Below are positions 45,699-56,100 of a DNA stretch of 64,000 nucleotides, piece after piece. The stretch comes from an uncultured bacterium. Its GTDB lineage: Bacteria; Oederibacteriota; Oederibacteriia; Oederibacteriales; Oederibacteriaceae. The translations under genes were made by a program, and so were the position numbers. Below the pieces are notes generated by a model, which saw nothing but the letters and a program-made list of their open reading frames with translations, was not told the DNA's origin and ran no database searches. The stretch is from contig OZ218778.1 of NCBI GenBank assembly GCA_965112635.1, positions 1,088,001-1,152,000 of the forward strand, written 5' to 3'. Each line of letters begins with the position of its first letter. The stretch's first letter is position 1.

Positions 45699-48475
45699 AG
45701 AGCAAAAGCAGGTCAGGGATACGGATCTTCCAGGCCGAGGTCGCTTTTTTGGCTGTTCTTTTTGGAGTGTGGGGCCAGATCTATTTTAACCGCGAAATGT
45801 TTTCACCGGGGGTCCATTGCTGGGGGGTTGCCTTTGCGCTGGCCATGGCCCTTGGTTTCCTCAGCGACCCCGGCGAGGAGGTCGTGTTTCCAGCGGCAGA
45901 ACCGGGCCCTTTCCTGAATTTCATGATATTAGTCGGAACCTATGTTATCGCTTTTTTTATCCAAGCAATATTAATTTATAAAGATCAGGGCCGCTTTGTT
46001 TCTGTTTTCTGCGTTGTTCAAGTGCTGTCGCTCTATGTATGGGCCAGGATATCAGACAGCAATTTCTCCCCAGGTTTCCCTGAACAGCGCACAGCTTTTG
46101 CCAAATGGGAGGTTTATGCTTTGGCCGGCCTGATCCTTCTTTCCTGTCTGCTGATCTTCTATCGTTATAGTGAGCTGCCGGTTACAGCTTATATGGACGA
46201 TGAATCAACCACTGCGGACAGTTTGGACCCCATAGGTAAATCCAACCAGGGTTCGCCGTTCTATGAAGGGACCTATAATGGTTTACCTATCCTAATGATG
46301 TACAGCAAGGCTTTTTTTGACAAGTTCTTTCACGACGACCCGCTCCTGGCCCGGAAATTCGATAATTCCCTCCAGGGGGTTATCCTGCCGATTTGCGTTT
46401 TTTTTCTGGTGAGGTGCGCTTTTGGCCCGGTCCTGGGAATAGGGGCAGGAGTTTTCACGGCCGGTTGTTCGAGCTTGATCGTGTTCGAACGCATCGGCAG
46501 TATATTTTTACCCAATGCCCTGTTCGCGGTCCTGCTGGCGGGGCTGTTGATCCAGGGACTCAAGACAGGGAAAAACCATTATTTAATGCTGGCGGGTTTA
46601 TCCATGGGTTTCGGTTTGCATGGATATTTTACGATGCATCTAGCCCCCCTTTATTTAGCGCTATTCTGGGCCGTCATGATCTTCTTTGACAAAGCTCACT
46701 GGTCCTTTAGGATCCGACAAGGGGTCTGGTTTTGGCTGAGTTTCCTGGCCATGGGACTGCCTTATCTTATCTGGACGGCTTTGCATTTCCATTTCATGGC
46801 CCAGGGGACCATCCGCGTGGAAACTTTTGGCCTCAGCGCCCAATCAGTATGGGCCCACAAGATCGCTCTATATCAGGATATTGTTGCCAAATATTTTACT
46901 TTTTTTAATTATAACCACAATAATCCCTTGCTCTATCCCTTTATGGCAAGCTTTACCAAACCCCCATTGGAAACTATCGTTGCTGTGCTGTGGGTGCTGG
47001 GGTTGGCCTATACCATAGCCCGGTTGCGCAGCAAGGTCTACCTCATTCTGTTGCTGGTGTTCCTGGCCACCATTTCTCCGGCATTTTTGTCGGACCAGCA
47101 ATACCCCAAGATAGACCGTTTGATAGCGACTTTTCCTTTTGTGCTCATTTTCGCGGCTATTGGGGCGGATAAATTTATAGCCAGACCTTTCAGGCTGTCC
47201 CTTCTAGTCGTTCTGCTGGTTATTTTCCCGTTTTACCTGCACTATCATGTCACGACCTATTTTGTGGAGCGCGTAAAGCATCCGTGGTGGAAATCTGAGG
47301 AGGTCTTCACCGTGGGAGACTACTATCTTAAACACACCGGAAATGGACATGTTTATTTACCTGCGGACAAAACCAAATGGCTGTTCTGGCCCTATCCCAA
47401 CTATATCAACAATTACCTTCATGCTTTACGGGAAAAGGGCCAGGTGACCAACAGGGATATCGCGGACTGGCCGTTCCATGAAATGATGCCGAGGGAACCG
47501 CTAGTTTTTATGCCGCTGAATTCAGAGATCAAAGATTATGTTGAAACGCTTTATCCCAGTGCTACTTCCGAAGAGGTCCGGGGTTTTGACGGGATACTCT
47601 GGGGGTATAACCTAAAGATCCCCTGGGGAGAATATAATGCCGGATTAGGATTAAAGGTCGATTATTGGAGAGGAGAGGAGAGGCGCTCCCGGCCTGATGG
47701 GACAGCGGTGGAAAACCCTGTGCATCCCGGACCATTTACGCCGGACGGCCCCTGCACCTTAGATTATAGCGGTTATTGTTACCTGGACGGAGACACCTAT
47801 TCTTTTTTTCAACAGCAGCAGGGAGCCCAGCAGCAGTGCGACCTCAGGATAGACCAGGTGCCGGTGATCCAAAACGGGATGGGAGGGGAGCCGGTCTCCA
47901 TTTTACCGGGATGGCATGAATGCGAAATAAGCTGCAGGCGGCCCAATAAAAATGACGGGGTCCATATCCTTTGCCAAGGAAAAAACTCTCCGCCCCGCGA
48001 GTTTACCTTCACCCAGTTCACCCATCTTCCGCTGGGGCTGCATGGTTTTTTCCTCAGGCCGCAGGCCCCGGGAAAAGAGGCTAAGACCAGCTTGATGTAT
48101 TACGGCGGAATGGATATTCCTGGGAAATTTATTGCGGAAGGGGAGTTGGAGGTCGAACAGCCGGGGGAATATGAATTTACTTTCCGGGATTTTCTTGCCT
48201 ATGAACAGTTTTATTTGGACGGGAAACTGGCCGGCCAGATGGTCCAGGGTAAACCCCTCATCGAGAAGCTTACCCTTAAGGTCGGCCGGCATCATTATAA
48301 GCTGACCCTGGTGGAAGGGGTGGTCCTGATGTGGCATCGGACCAATGAACCCTGGGAGCCTGTGCCCTACAAAAACCTGTTCCCAGGCGGGTTCCATGAG
48401 GCTTTTGCCCGCCAACTGGCGGCCCTGTCCGCCCAGCCGGCCTCTCGGCCAAAACCTGCGGCAGCCAAAAAGTGA
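45695..48475 (+). CDS. GT-C glycosyltransferase with PA14-like domains, paralog B2
   Basis: LPVTAYMDDE, RIGSIFLPN, GYFTMHL. Colinear with 33939-36725. TTG 45695 overlaps the upstream stop (start inferred). Confidence 0.75.
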   Translation: MKSKSRSGIRIFQAEVAFLAVLFGVWGQIYFNREMFSPGVHCWGVAFALAMALGFLSDPGEEVVFPAAEPGPFLNFMILVGTYVIAFFIQAILIYKDQGRFVSVFCVVQVLSLYVWARISDSNFSPGFPEQRTAFAKWEVYALAGLILLSCLLIFYRYSELPVTAYMDDESTTADSLDPIGKSNQGSPFYEGTYNGLPILMMYSKAFFDKFFHDDPLLARKFDNSLQGVILPICVFFLVRCAFGPVLGIGAGVFTAGCSSLIVFERIGSIFLPNALFAVLLAGLLIQGLKTGKNHYLMLAGLSMGFGLHGYFTMHLAPLYLALFWAVMIFFDKAHWSFRIRQGVWFWLSFLAMGLPYLIWTALHFHFMAQGTIRVETFGLSAQSVWAHKIALYQDIVAKYFTFFNYNHNNPLLYPFMASFTKPPLETIVAVLWVLGLAYTIARLRSKVYLILLLVFLATISPAFLSDQQYPKIDRLIATFPFVLIFAAIGADKFIARPFRLSLLVVLLVIFPFYLHYHVTTYFVERVKHPWWKSEEVFTVGDYYLKHTGNGHVYLPADKTKWLFWPYPNYINNYLHALREKGQVTNRDIADWPFHEMMPREPLVFMPLNSEIKDYVETLYPSATSEEVRGFDGILWGYNLKIPWGEYNAGLGLKVDYWRGEERRSRPDGTAVENPVHPGPFTPDGPCTLDYSGYCYLDGDTYSFFQQQQGAQQQCDLRIDQVPVIQNGMGGEPVSILPGWHECEISCRRPNKNDGVHILCQGKNSPPREFTFTQFTHLPLGLHGFFLRPQAPGKEAKTSLMYYGGMDIPGKFIAEGELEVEQPGEYEFTFRDFLAYEQFYLDGKLAGQMVQGKPLIEKLTLKVGRHHYKLTLVEGVVLMWHRTNEPWEPVPYKNLFPGGFHEAFARQLAALSAQPASRPKPAAAKK

Positions 48476-48535
48476 TTTTTTGATCTTCCGCTTTCCGGCA
48501 AAATTCTCCCCGCAATGCGGGAAAACACAGGAAAC

Positions 48536-49372
48536 TTACAGGGAACGATGCTTTTTGGTTTTGAAATATTTGGGGAATACAGAACGGACTTCCCGCATCC
48601 TGGTCAACTGGGGCTTTTTCAGGATGAGGATGTCGAACAGAGACGGCCAGAAATGGCGGATGTAGATGGCCAGGGCCATCAACCACCCCGTGACCACAGT
48701 GCGGTAGCGGTCTTTTTCCACGGCCCGGATGATAGCTCTGGATACTTTTTCGACCGGGACATTGAACTTGGTATAAGAACGGTAGGGCCTGCGGTGAAAA
48801 GTGGGATGTTTGAAAAAATCGGTCTGAACCCGGCCCGGAAGGACCAGGTGCATATGGATATTATAGGCTTCCAGCTCCCAGCGCAGGGCTTCGGTCAAGC
48901 CCACCATCCCGTACTTGGACGAGGTGTAGGCGGACGGGGGTAGCAGAGGCAAAAATCCGGCGATGGAAGCCACATTGACGATATGTCCGGCGCGTTTATT
49001 TATCATGGCGGGTAAAAAAGCATAGATACAGCGCAGGGTCCCCAGCAGGTTGACCTGGAGCATGCGCTCATTCTCCTCATAGGGGAGCTCCTCAAAGGGA
49101 AGATAGACGGCATAGCCCGCGTTGTTCACCAGGATATCCGGGCAGCCGCAGGAAGCCAGGACCTGACGGGCCATGCGGCTGACCTGGCGGAAGTCGGAGA
49201 CATCGCAGCAAAAGGCTTTGACCTGGGAAGAGGTTTTGGAAAGGTCTTTGCGGGCGGCCTCCAGCTTGGCGCGCTTATCAGCTACAATGGCCACCTCATG
49301 GCCGAGCTTCAGGTAGGAAAGGGCTAGGTGTTTTCCTATGCCGCTAGACCCGCCGATGATCAAAACGAACAT
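48536..49372 (-). CDS. Short-chain dehydrogenase/reductase
   Basis: GGSSGIG, NNAG, YTSSK. ATG 49372 follows an AAGGA RBS. Confidence 0.85.
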   Translation of the reverse strand: MFVLIIGGSSGIGKHLALSYLKLGHEVAIVADKRAKLEAARKDLSKTSSQVKAFCCDVSDFRQVSRMARQVLASCGCPDILVNNAGYAVYLPFEELPYEENERMLQVNLLGTLRCIYAFLPAMINKRAGHIVNVASIAGFLPLLPPSAYTSSKYGMVGLTEALRWELEAYNIHMHLVLPGRVQTDFFKHPTFHRRPYRSYTKFNVPVEKVSRAIIRAVEKDRYRTVVTGWLMALAIYIRHFWPSLFDILILKKPQLTRMREVRSVFPKYFKTKKHRSL

Positions 49373-49413
49373 TAATTTTTCCTTTCTTAAACAAAGCTCA
49401 GAAAGCATGATGC

Positions 49414-49575
49414 TTAGTTGTCCGCTGAAAAAGTCCCCATTCGAGGACTATAAAGAGTCCATTTAGAGACTTTTTCAGCTCACTAAGACGGATGAAACTC
49501 CTCGATCGCCGGAGGCATCTCGGAGTAACAGTCTGCTGAAAGATTGAGAAAAACCATTTTTCAGCTGACTGTTAA
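49414..49575. repeat. Two adjacent palindromes (MITE/REP-like)
   Basis: GCTGAAAAAGTC 49424-49435 / GACTTTTTCAGC 49468-49479 (12/12). TAACAGTCTGCTGAAA 49526-49541 / TTTCAGCTGACTGTTA 49559-49574 (15/16). Confidence 0.65.
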
Positions 49576-49707
49576 TATACCATATTCCTACCTGTGCCTT
49601 GTGCGCCAGAAATCGTTTTGTTAAACTCCATGATGTCAACATCCACGGTTTAACTCATTTTAGCCCTCGTATGAGGACAGCCGTGGTTCTTGAGCGGAGG
49701 AGCAGCG

Positions 49708-51405
49708 ATGGAATTCGTGAAAAAGTATTATTTTTTGTTCTTTTTGCTGGCTAATTTTATTTTTTTGCTCTCGGGTCACATGGTCATTGCATTTGTTTTT
49801 TTTGTGCTTTTCCTGGTCCCTTTCCTTAAATTTTTACAAAATTTTCTTTTGAATCCAGGACAAAGACCAAGCCGGGGCAAAACGACCCGGAGCGTGCGGG
49901 CCAAAAAGACAAAGGGAATGCTGGAGATAAAAGGCAGGCCTTTGCCTGTGCCAGGAGTTTCTTTGGAGATCCTGGCTTTATTACGCGTAGGAGCCATGCT
50001 TATCGTGTTATTGGCCTATGCTTTTTGGGGGACCTATGGGACTTTTAACTTCACGGGGAATTTTTTTACCGGCAACAGCCATTACGCCGACCTGGCCGAG
50101 GGTTTTTTGTCAGGTCAATTGAGCACTTTGATACAGCCTGACCCCAGAATATTGCAGTTGAAAGACCCTTATGACCATGCCCAAAATTATCCCTATCTCA
50201 CGATGGCCTCTTACGATGCCTCGTTATATAAAGGTAAAATGTATCTTTACTATGGCTGTGTCCCTTGCCTGGCCTACTATGTTCCCTATAAACTCATATT
50301 CAGGTCTCCGGCCGCCGATTCTTCAGGGCTGATATTTTTCTTGTTCCTGGGTTTTATTTTCCAGTTCTTTATTTTGATGAAAATAAAGGACCGCTTTTTC
50401 AACGGGGTTTCGGAGTTCCAGCTAAATCTGGCGGGTTTGGCGCTGGGATTGGCCAATGCCTCGCCCTTTTTGTTAGCCAGGCCGGCTGTTTATGAGGTAG
50501 CGATCGCTAGCGCTTTTTGTTGCATGAGCATAGCGCTTTTTTTCCTTTATCAATATCTTATGGAAAGCAGGCGAGCCGGACAAATTGTTTTATTGAGCCT
50601 TTTTCTGGGATTGTCCGTGGGTTGCCGGCCAAATTTCGTGGTAGCCGTTGTATTTTTCCTTGTTGCTTTTTTCCTCTATCTGTATTTCCGTGCTCCAAAA
50701 AATAAACTGGTTTTTATGGCCCTATGTCTGGTCGTGCCAGCGGGTGTCGTCGGATTGGGTTTAGGTTTATATAATTATCTGAGGTTTGATTCTTTTTTTG
50801 AATTTGGCCAAAAATACGCTTTGGCAGGAGCATCATCCAGTCTTTTTCATTTTAACTTGTCCAATTTGGGAACTGGATTTTATATGTATTTTTTCAGGCC
50901 GTTCACGCTTTTAAGTCAGTTTCCCCATATTTTTTTGTCGGATAAAGCAGCCGCGTTCTTTGCAATCCCGGCAGGATATCAGATGGAAAAAGTCGCCGGA
51001 TTTTTTTGCATAACACCGCTGGCCCTTTTTATTTTAGTTTTCCCTATCCTTGGGATAGTTCATTTTTTCCGGCCAGAAGGACAATCCCGTGATTTGGTCC
51101 TGTATTTACTGTCCATAGTTTGTATGGCGCTCTTGATCGCGGCTCCTATTTTGATGATCTCCGCAGCAACTGAGAGATATTTAATAGATTTCTCCCCCTA
51201 TTTTCTTTTTGTGGCCATCGTGAGCGCGTGGTTGTGGGAGACCAATATGAGGCGATTTTACTCGGCGAGAGCCCTGAAAATATTATTTATTTGCCTGGCT
51301 ATTTTGAGCATTTTGATCGGGGCTGGCCTGGGTTTTACCGGATATTATGATATTTTTAAAGCGGTAAACCCGAAATTTTTTGGTTTTTTTAGCGCCTTTC
51401 TTTGA
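49708..51405 (+). CDS. Polytopic membrane protein, putative GT-C-fold glycosyltransferase without PA14, paralog C1
   Basis: >10 TMs. Loop DPYD...DASLYKGKMYLYYG, LLARPAVYE, YNYLRFDSFFEFGQKY, ERYLIDF. GGAGGAG RBS. Confidence 0.55.
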   Translation: MEFVKKYYFLFFLLANFIFLLSGHMVIAFVFFVLFLVPFLKFLQNFLLNPGQRPSRGKTTRSVRAKKTKGMLEIKGRPLPVPGVSLEILALLRVGAMLIVLLAYAFWGTYGTFNFTGNFFTGNSHYADLAEGFLSGQLSTLIQPDPRILQLKDPYDHAQNYPYLTMASYDASLYKGKMYLYYGCVPCLAYYVPYKLIFRSPAADSSGLIFFLFLGFIFQFFILMKIKDRFFNGVSEFQLNLAGLALGLANASPFLLARPAVYEVAIASAFCCMSIALFFLYQYLMESRRAGQIVLLSLFLGLSVGCRPNFVVAVVFFLVAFFLYLYFRAPKNKLVFMALCLVVPAGVVGLGLGLYNYLRFDSFFEFGQKYALAGASSSLFHFNLSNLGTGFYMYFFRPFTLLSQFPHIFLSDKAAAFFAIPAGYQMEKVAGFFCITPLALFILVFPILGIVHFFRPEGQSRDLVLYLLSIVCMALLIAAPILMISAATERYLIDFSPYFLFVAIVSAWLWETNMRRFYSARALKILFICLAILSILIGAGLGFTGYYDIFKAVNPKFFGFFSAFL

Positions 51406-51503
51406 ACCTGTACGCAAAACAACCCTTTTCATTAATGCGTTTTCCTAAAGATATTAATTATAAGTTGTCATGTTGATGTGTCGGGAAGCGGGAAGGGGTA
51501 TGC

Positions 51504-51532
51504 TTGACCTTATCTGGTCTATCCACTATGAT
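51504..51532 (+). promoter_or_regulatory. Putative sigma70 promoter upstream of 51591
   Basis: TTGACC (51504-51509), 17 nt spacer, TATGAT (51527-51532). Confidence 0.5.
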
Positions 51533-51590
51533 TTGTAAATTGTATCCTGTTAAGCAGGCTGATTGAAAACACTCAAAAAACAAAAGGAAT

Positions 51591-53069
51591 ATGATGTCAA
51601 AAAAGATCATTCTTCCCTTATTAACACTTGTGGTTATTATCCGTTTCTATTTTTATTTCGGCACTTTCGGGACTTTCCAGTTCTATGACCAGGTTAACTA
51701 CTATAAATTCCTGATGCAGAGTTTTGTGGCCGGACATCTTTATATGCCCCAGGTTCCCAGCCCGGACCTGCTCAAATTGGCCGACCCCTATGACCCTAAA
51801 CAGAACGCCCAATATGTGCTGCCGGATGCTTCGTTATATAAAGGGAGATATTATCTATATTTTGGTCCTTTACCCGTTATTTTCTTTTATCTTCCTTACA
51901 AATATATCTTGAGGCTGGACCCCAGCCAGCCCATGTGCATCATCTTTTTCCTTTCCATCGGGCTGATCGTGCAGATGCTCATCCTGGCCCGAATTAAATC
52001 CAAATATTTCCCGGATATTTCAGATTATCAGCTGGCTTTCGCAGGTTTGTTGGCTGGGCTGGCCAATTTCAGCCTGTTCCTGCTGGCCAGGCCCAATTTT
52101 TATGAGGAGGCTATCAGTTCGGCTTATTGTTTTTTAAGCCTGGCCCTATTTTTCCTGTATAACTTTTTGAACCATGGCCTTAAAAAAAAGTACATTGCCC
52201 TGTTCAGTTTATGCCTGGCTTTGACCGTGGCCGGCCGGCCTCATTTCAGTGCTGTTTGCGTGGTCATGGCTCTGGGTATTGCGCTTTATTTATTAAAGCG
52301 CGTTCCCAGGGAACAGTTCATTGGATTGCTGACTTGGCTGCTCGTTCCGATGCTGGGAATAGGTTTCCTGATAGGACTTTATAATTATTTGAGATTTGAT
52401 TCTTTCTTTGAATTCGGCCAAAAGTATGCTCTGGGAGGATATGTGAACATCCATTCTTCAGGTTTTATTTCGGCCGCGAAAATCCTGACCGTTAATTTAC
52501 CTACAAACCTATTCCTGAATTTTTGCCAGCCTTATACAGCCTCTCATGCTTTCCCATTCTTTACAGCAACCTGGACGAACGCTTCTATTCCTCTTCCTGC
52601 GGGTTACTGGTTCATGGAAAGTTTAACCGGTCTATTGTATGCTTCACCCTTTGTAGGTCTTGTGGTGATGCTCCCGGTATTGCTCTGGTTTTATTACCAC
52701 AAACAAACAGGGGAGCAAAAAAAACAAACCAGCCCCTTATTGTGGTTCGTGTTTTTTGTTTGCCTGGCCGCTGTGGCCATCGCTCTTCTTGTCTGCAGTC
52801 TGCCCACCTCCACGATGCGCTATGTTTTTGATTTCAGCTCCTTGTTCGTCATGCTGGCGGTCCTCAGCCTGTGGTTTTTACTGACCAGCGGGGTCAACCC
52901 GGCTTTTATACGCATAGTAAATTGCGTGTTCATTGTGCTGGGTATTTTTAGCATCGTGGTGGGATTATTTTTGGGTTTTATAGGGTATAGATATCTTTTC
53001 CAGACCTATAACCCGGCTGAATTTCAGCATTTGTCTGTTTTTTTCAATTATTTTAGTTCTATTTTCTAA
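51591..53069 (+). CDS. Polytopic membrane protein, putative GT-C-fold glycosyltransferase, paralog C2
   Basis: Shares DPYD, DASLYKG, LLARP, YNYLRFDSFFEFGQKYAL and RY..DF with C1. Confidence 0.55.
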   Translation: MMSKKIILPLLTLVVIIRFYFYFGTFGTFQFYDQVNYYKFLMQSFVAGHLYMPQVPSPDLLKLADPYDPKQNAQYVLPDASLYKGRYYLYFGPLPVIFFYLPYKYILRLDPSQPMCIIFFLSIGLIVQMLILARIKSKYFPDISDYQLAFAGLLAGLANFSLFLLARPNFYEEAISSAYCFLSLALFFLYNFLNHGLKKKYIALFSLCLALTVAGRPHFSAVCVVMALGIALYLLKRVPREQFIGLLTWLLVPMLGIGFLIGLYNYLRFDSFFEFGQKYALGGYVNIHSSGFISAAKILTVNLPTNLFLNFCQPYTASHAFPFFTATWTNASIPLPAGYWFMESLTGLLYASPFVGLVVMLPVLLWFYYHKQTGEQKKQTSPLLWFVFFVCLAAVAIALLVCSLPTSTMRYVFDFSSLFVMLAVLSLWFLLTSGVNPAFIRIVNCVFIVLGIFSIVVGLFLGFIGYRYLFQTYNPAEFQHLSVFFNYFSSIF

Positions 53070-53104
53070 GGCCAGAGTGAAAAAAGGAAAAAGGTGGAGT
53101 TAAA

Positions 53105-56100
53105 ATGACAGCCCTGCAAGTTTGGATCGCAGCTATTATATTATTGGTGCTCAATGGGTTTTTGCTTTTTTCCGGTTATATCGTTGGTCTGGCCGGCATT
53201 TTGATCGCCGTCGGGATGGTGGGATGGTTTTATATCCTGCGTTTCAGCCAACAGCAGATGAAGGCCGCGGCAAAACAGGCCGGCGCCAGAGAACCTAGGC
53301 TTAGGCCCAGCCCAACAGGTAAAAAAGGCGGGGTCAAAGATCTTAAGCCTGGTCTCAGGCAGGCGGGAAAAACCGAGGCTAAGCTGTCTGGGGTTAAGGA
53401 TAAAAGGCCGCCCATCAACCTGCTTAGTGTTTATTTGAACTTGCTGCCCATCGCGTTTCTAAAGAAAACTTACCCCTTTTTACTGCTGGCTGGCTTAGGG
53501 ATTTTGTTTGCCGGTCAATTATGGATCCATTCCGGCTTCTTTGTCCTCGGCATAATAGGATACATTTTTGCCTTTATTATCATTGGTTTGAGCGCCTTGT
53601 CGCTGGTGGAATCTCCCTGGGAGAGGGAGACGGCTGGTTCTGAAAGGGCCCTTAAGACCGCTCCATCTAAAGACCATCAAACTGACAGTATGTTTTATCT
53701 TGGTATTTTCCTTTCCTATTATTTTGTAACCCTTCTGATACTGATAAAGCAGCCGGACAATTTTCTGGGGTTGCTCTTCAGCCTGCTCAGCGTTTTTTTC
53801 TTTGCCTCCTGGATCTATTTTTCGCAGCCCTTCACGGGCTCCTGGGGAAGTAAAAAATCAAGCGCTAGGAAAAAGCTGCTGGGTCACGAAGGTATCGCCT
53901 TTTTAGCCATCATGGTTTTTGCCTTTTTGTTGAGGGCCTATCGCCTCTGTACGGTCCCCGCAGCTTTTTACTACAACAACGATATTCCATCCCTTAATAT
54001 CGCTGCCAATATCATGGCCCAGATCCAGTCTCCCTTCGGCCTGGTGCTGGGAACGATCAATACCTGTTTTTATACGCTCCTCCTTCCGCTGTCCAAGATC
54101 TTTGTGGCTGACCCGCTGGTGGTCACCAGGTTCGCGATGCTGGTTTGCGGCATGGGCTCCATCCTAGCCCTGTATCTGCTGGTCCGAGAACTCTTTGACG
54201 CTAAAACAGCTTTTTGGGGGAGTTTTTTGATCAGCATTTCCCTGCTGCACCTCCATCTCAGCCGCATTTGGCAGCCCCTGATGCCGGCCATGTTTTTTTC
54301 CCTGGTCACCCTTTATTTCTTTTACAGGACTTACAGGGCCACGGGTATTTTGCCGGTCATCCTGGGAGGCCTGGCCCTGGGATTTTTGGTTTTGAGCTTC
54401 CCCCCGGCGGCCACTTGCCTCGTATTGGCCGTGCTGATGATGCTGTATGTTTACTTTTTTGACCCTTTCTCCTTCAGGGACAAGGTCAACCGGATGGCGC
54501 TTCTCTGCATGCTGGGTGTCGTCATGGCCACTCCTGTGCTGGCCTACATGCTCAACCACTGGGTCGAGTTTTCCGGTGCTTTTAAACAGTCAACCATCGT
54601 TGGTCTGCCTTTCAAGGAGTGGGTCCCGGCCTATTTCAGGAATATAGGTTTTTACGTCAGTATTTTTACTTTCAAGGCCCTGGCGCCAGCGGTAAATTTC
54701 TACCTGCCTAATCCCGGGGCGCCCCTTTTGGACACCCTGTCTTTTGGGTTTTGCCTCCTAGGATTGTTTTACGGTTTATTCAGGATATATCAGATGCGCT
54801 ATATAGTCCTCCTAGGGGGCGGATTCGTCACCTTTTTGACCCTCTGCCTGTTGAACAACAGCGACCCTTCTTACGGTATCCTTTTGGTCCCCATGTTCTG
54901 CGCCCTGGGCGGAGTAGGGGTTAGCAAGATCGAGGAATGTCTGGCCAGGTTCTTTCCGCAAGGGAAAAAAGCCGTCTTTGCCCTGCTGGTTTTATGCTTG
55001 ATCTTGGCCGCTGGTTTTAACGCGAAAAAATATTTTGTGGATTACGGGAAAACCTCGTTCAATCAATTCAATACCTGGCCTGATGTGGTCGCGGCCCGCC
55101 AGATCGAGAGATCTCTGGATTTAAAAGAGCGGGTCATTTCCGACTGGGTAGGCTCGCCTATCGTCAACAGCGCCCTGTACCCCCGTACCATGGAGGCTTT
55201 TCAGCCCAGCCTGCACCTGCCCATACAAACCCCGGTCCTGAGCAATGTTTCCTTTTATTTCCGGCCACCCACAGCTATGGTTTTCAGCAGCGAAAATTTC
55301 CTGCCCTTTTTAAGATACTTTTATCCCGGAGGTAAAGAGGAAAAATTCGCTGAAAAGGGTGTGGCGCTGTATTCTTCCTATAAGGTCCCTAAAGACCAGG
55401 TCATGGCCATCCAGGGCCTAACGGCTTCTTATTTTAAAAAGGGGGATGAAAAGCCGTATTGGGTCAAGAAAGAGATGGGTGTGTCTCTGACCAATACTGC
55501 CAGTCTTATCCAGGGGAGTATCGGGCTGGTCCGGTGGTCGGGCTCGTTCTTTTCCCAACAAGGCGGGACTTATTTGTTCAGTCTGGTGATGAAGGGGCAG
55601 GGCCGGGTCCTCGTGGATGGACAGAAGGTGGCCGGCGGCAGCAACAGTGCCGTCAAAAGCCTGGATGGGAAGATCGATATCACCACCGGGGCCCACCATC
55701 TAGAGGTCGTCTATGCGCCCGTGGCAGGAGGAGAGGTCAGTGTTTACTGGACCGAACCCGGTGGGGGGAAAGCCCTTATCCCTGGCGAGAGATTGTGCAC
55801 GATGGCGGCTCCCCCCTTTGGAGCCACGGGGTTTTACTACCCCAATACAGATTTTAGGGGTTCACCGGCTTTTGAAAAAGCTGATCTGATGCTGACCACG
55901 CCTTGGGCCGGGATACTGCCTTTTAAAAAACCATTCAGCGTGGCCTGGAAGGGACTTTTGCAGATAAAGCAAGCGGGGAATTATAAATTTTATCTCAAAA
56001 GCGTTCATCCGGCTTCTCTCACCATCAATAACATTAAAATCATTACTAAGACCTCCAAGGGACCAGGCGAGGCGGCTGCCGCCGTGGCCTTGAAAAACGG

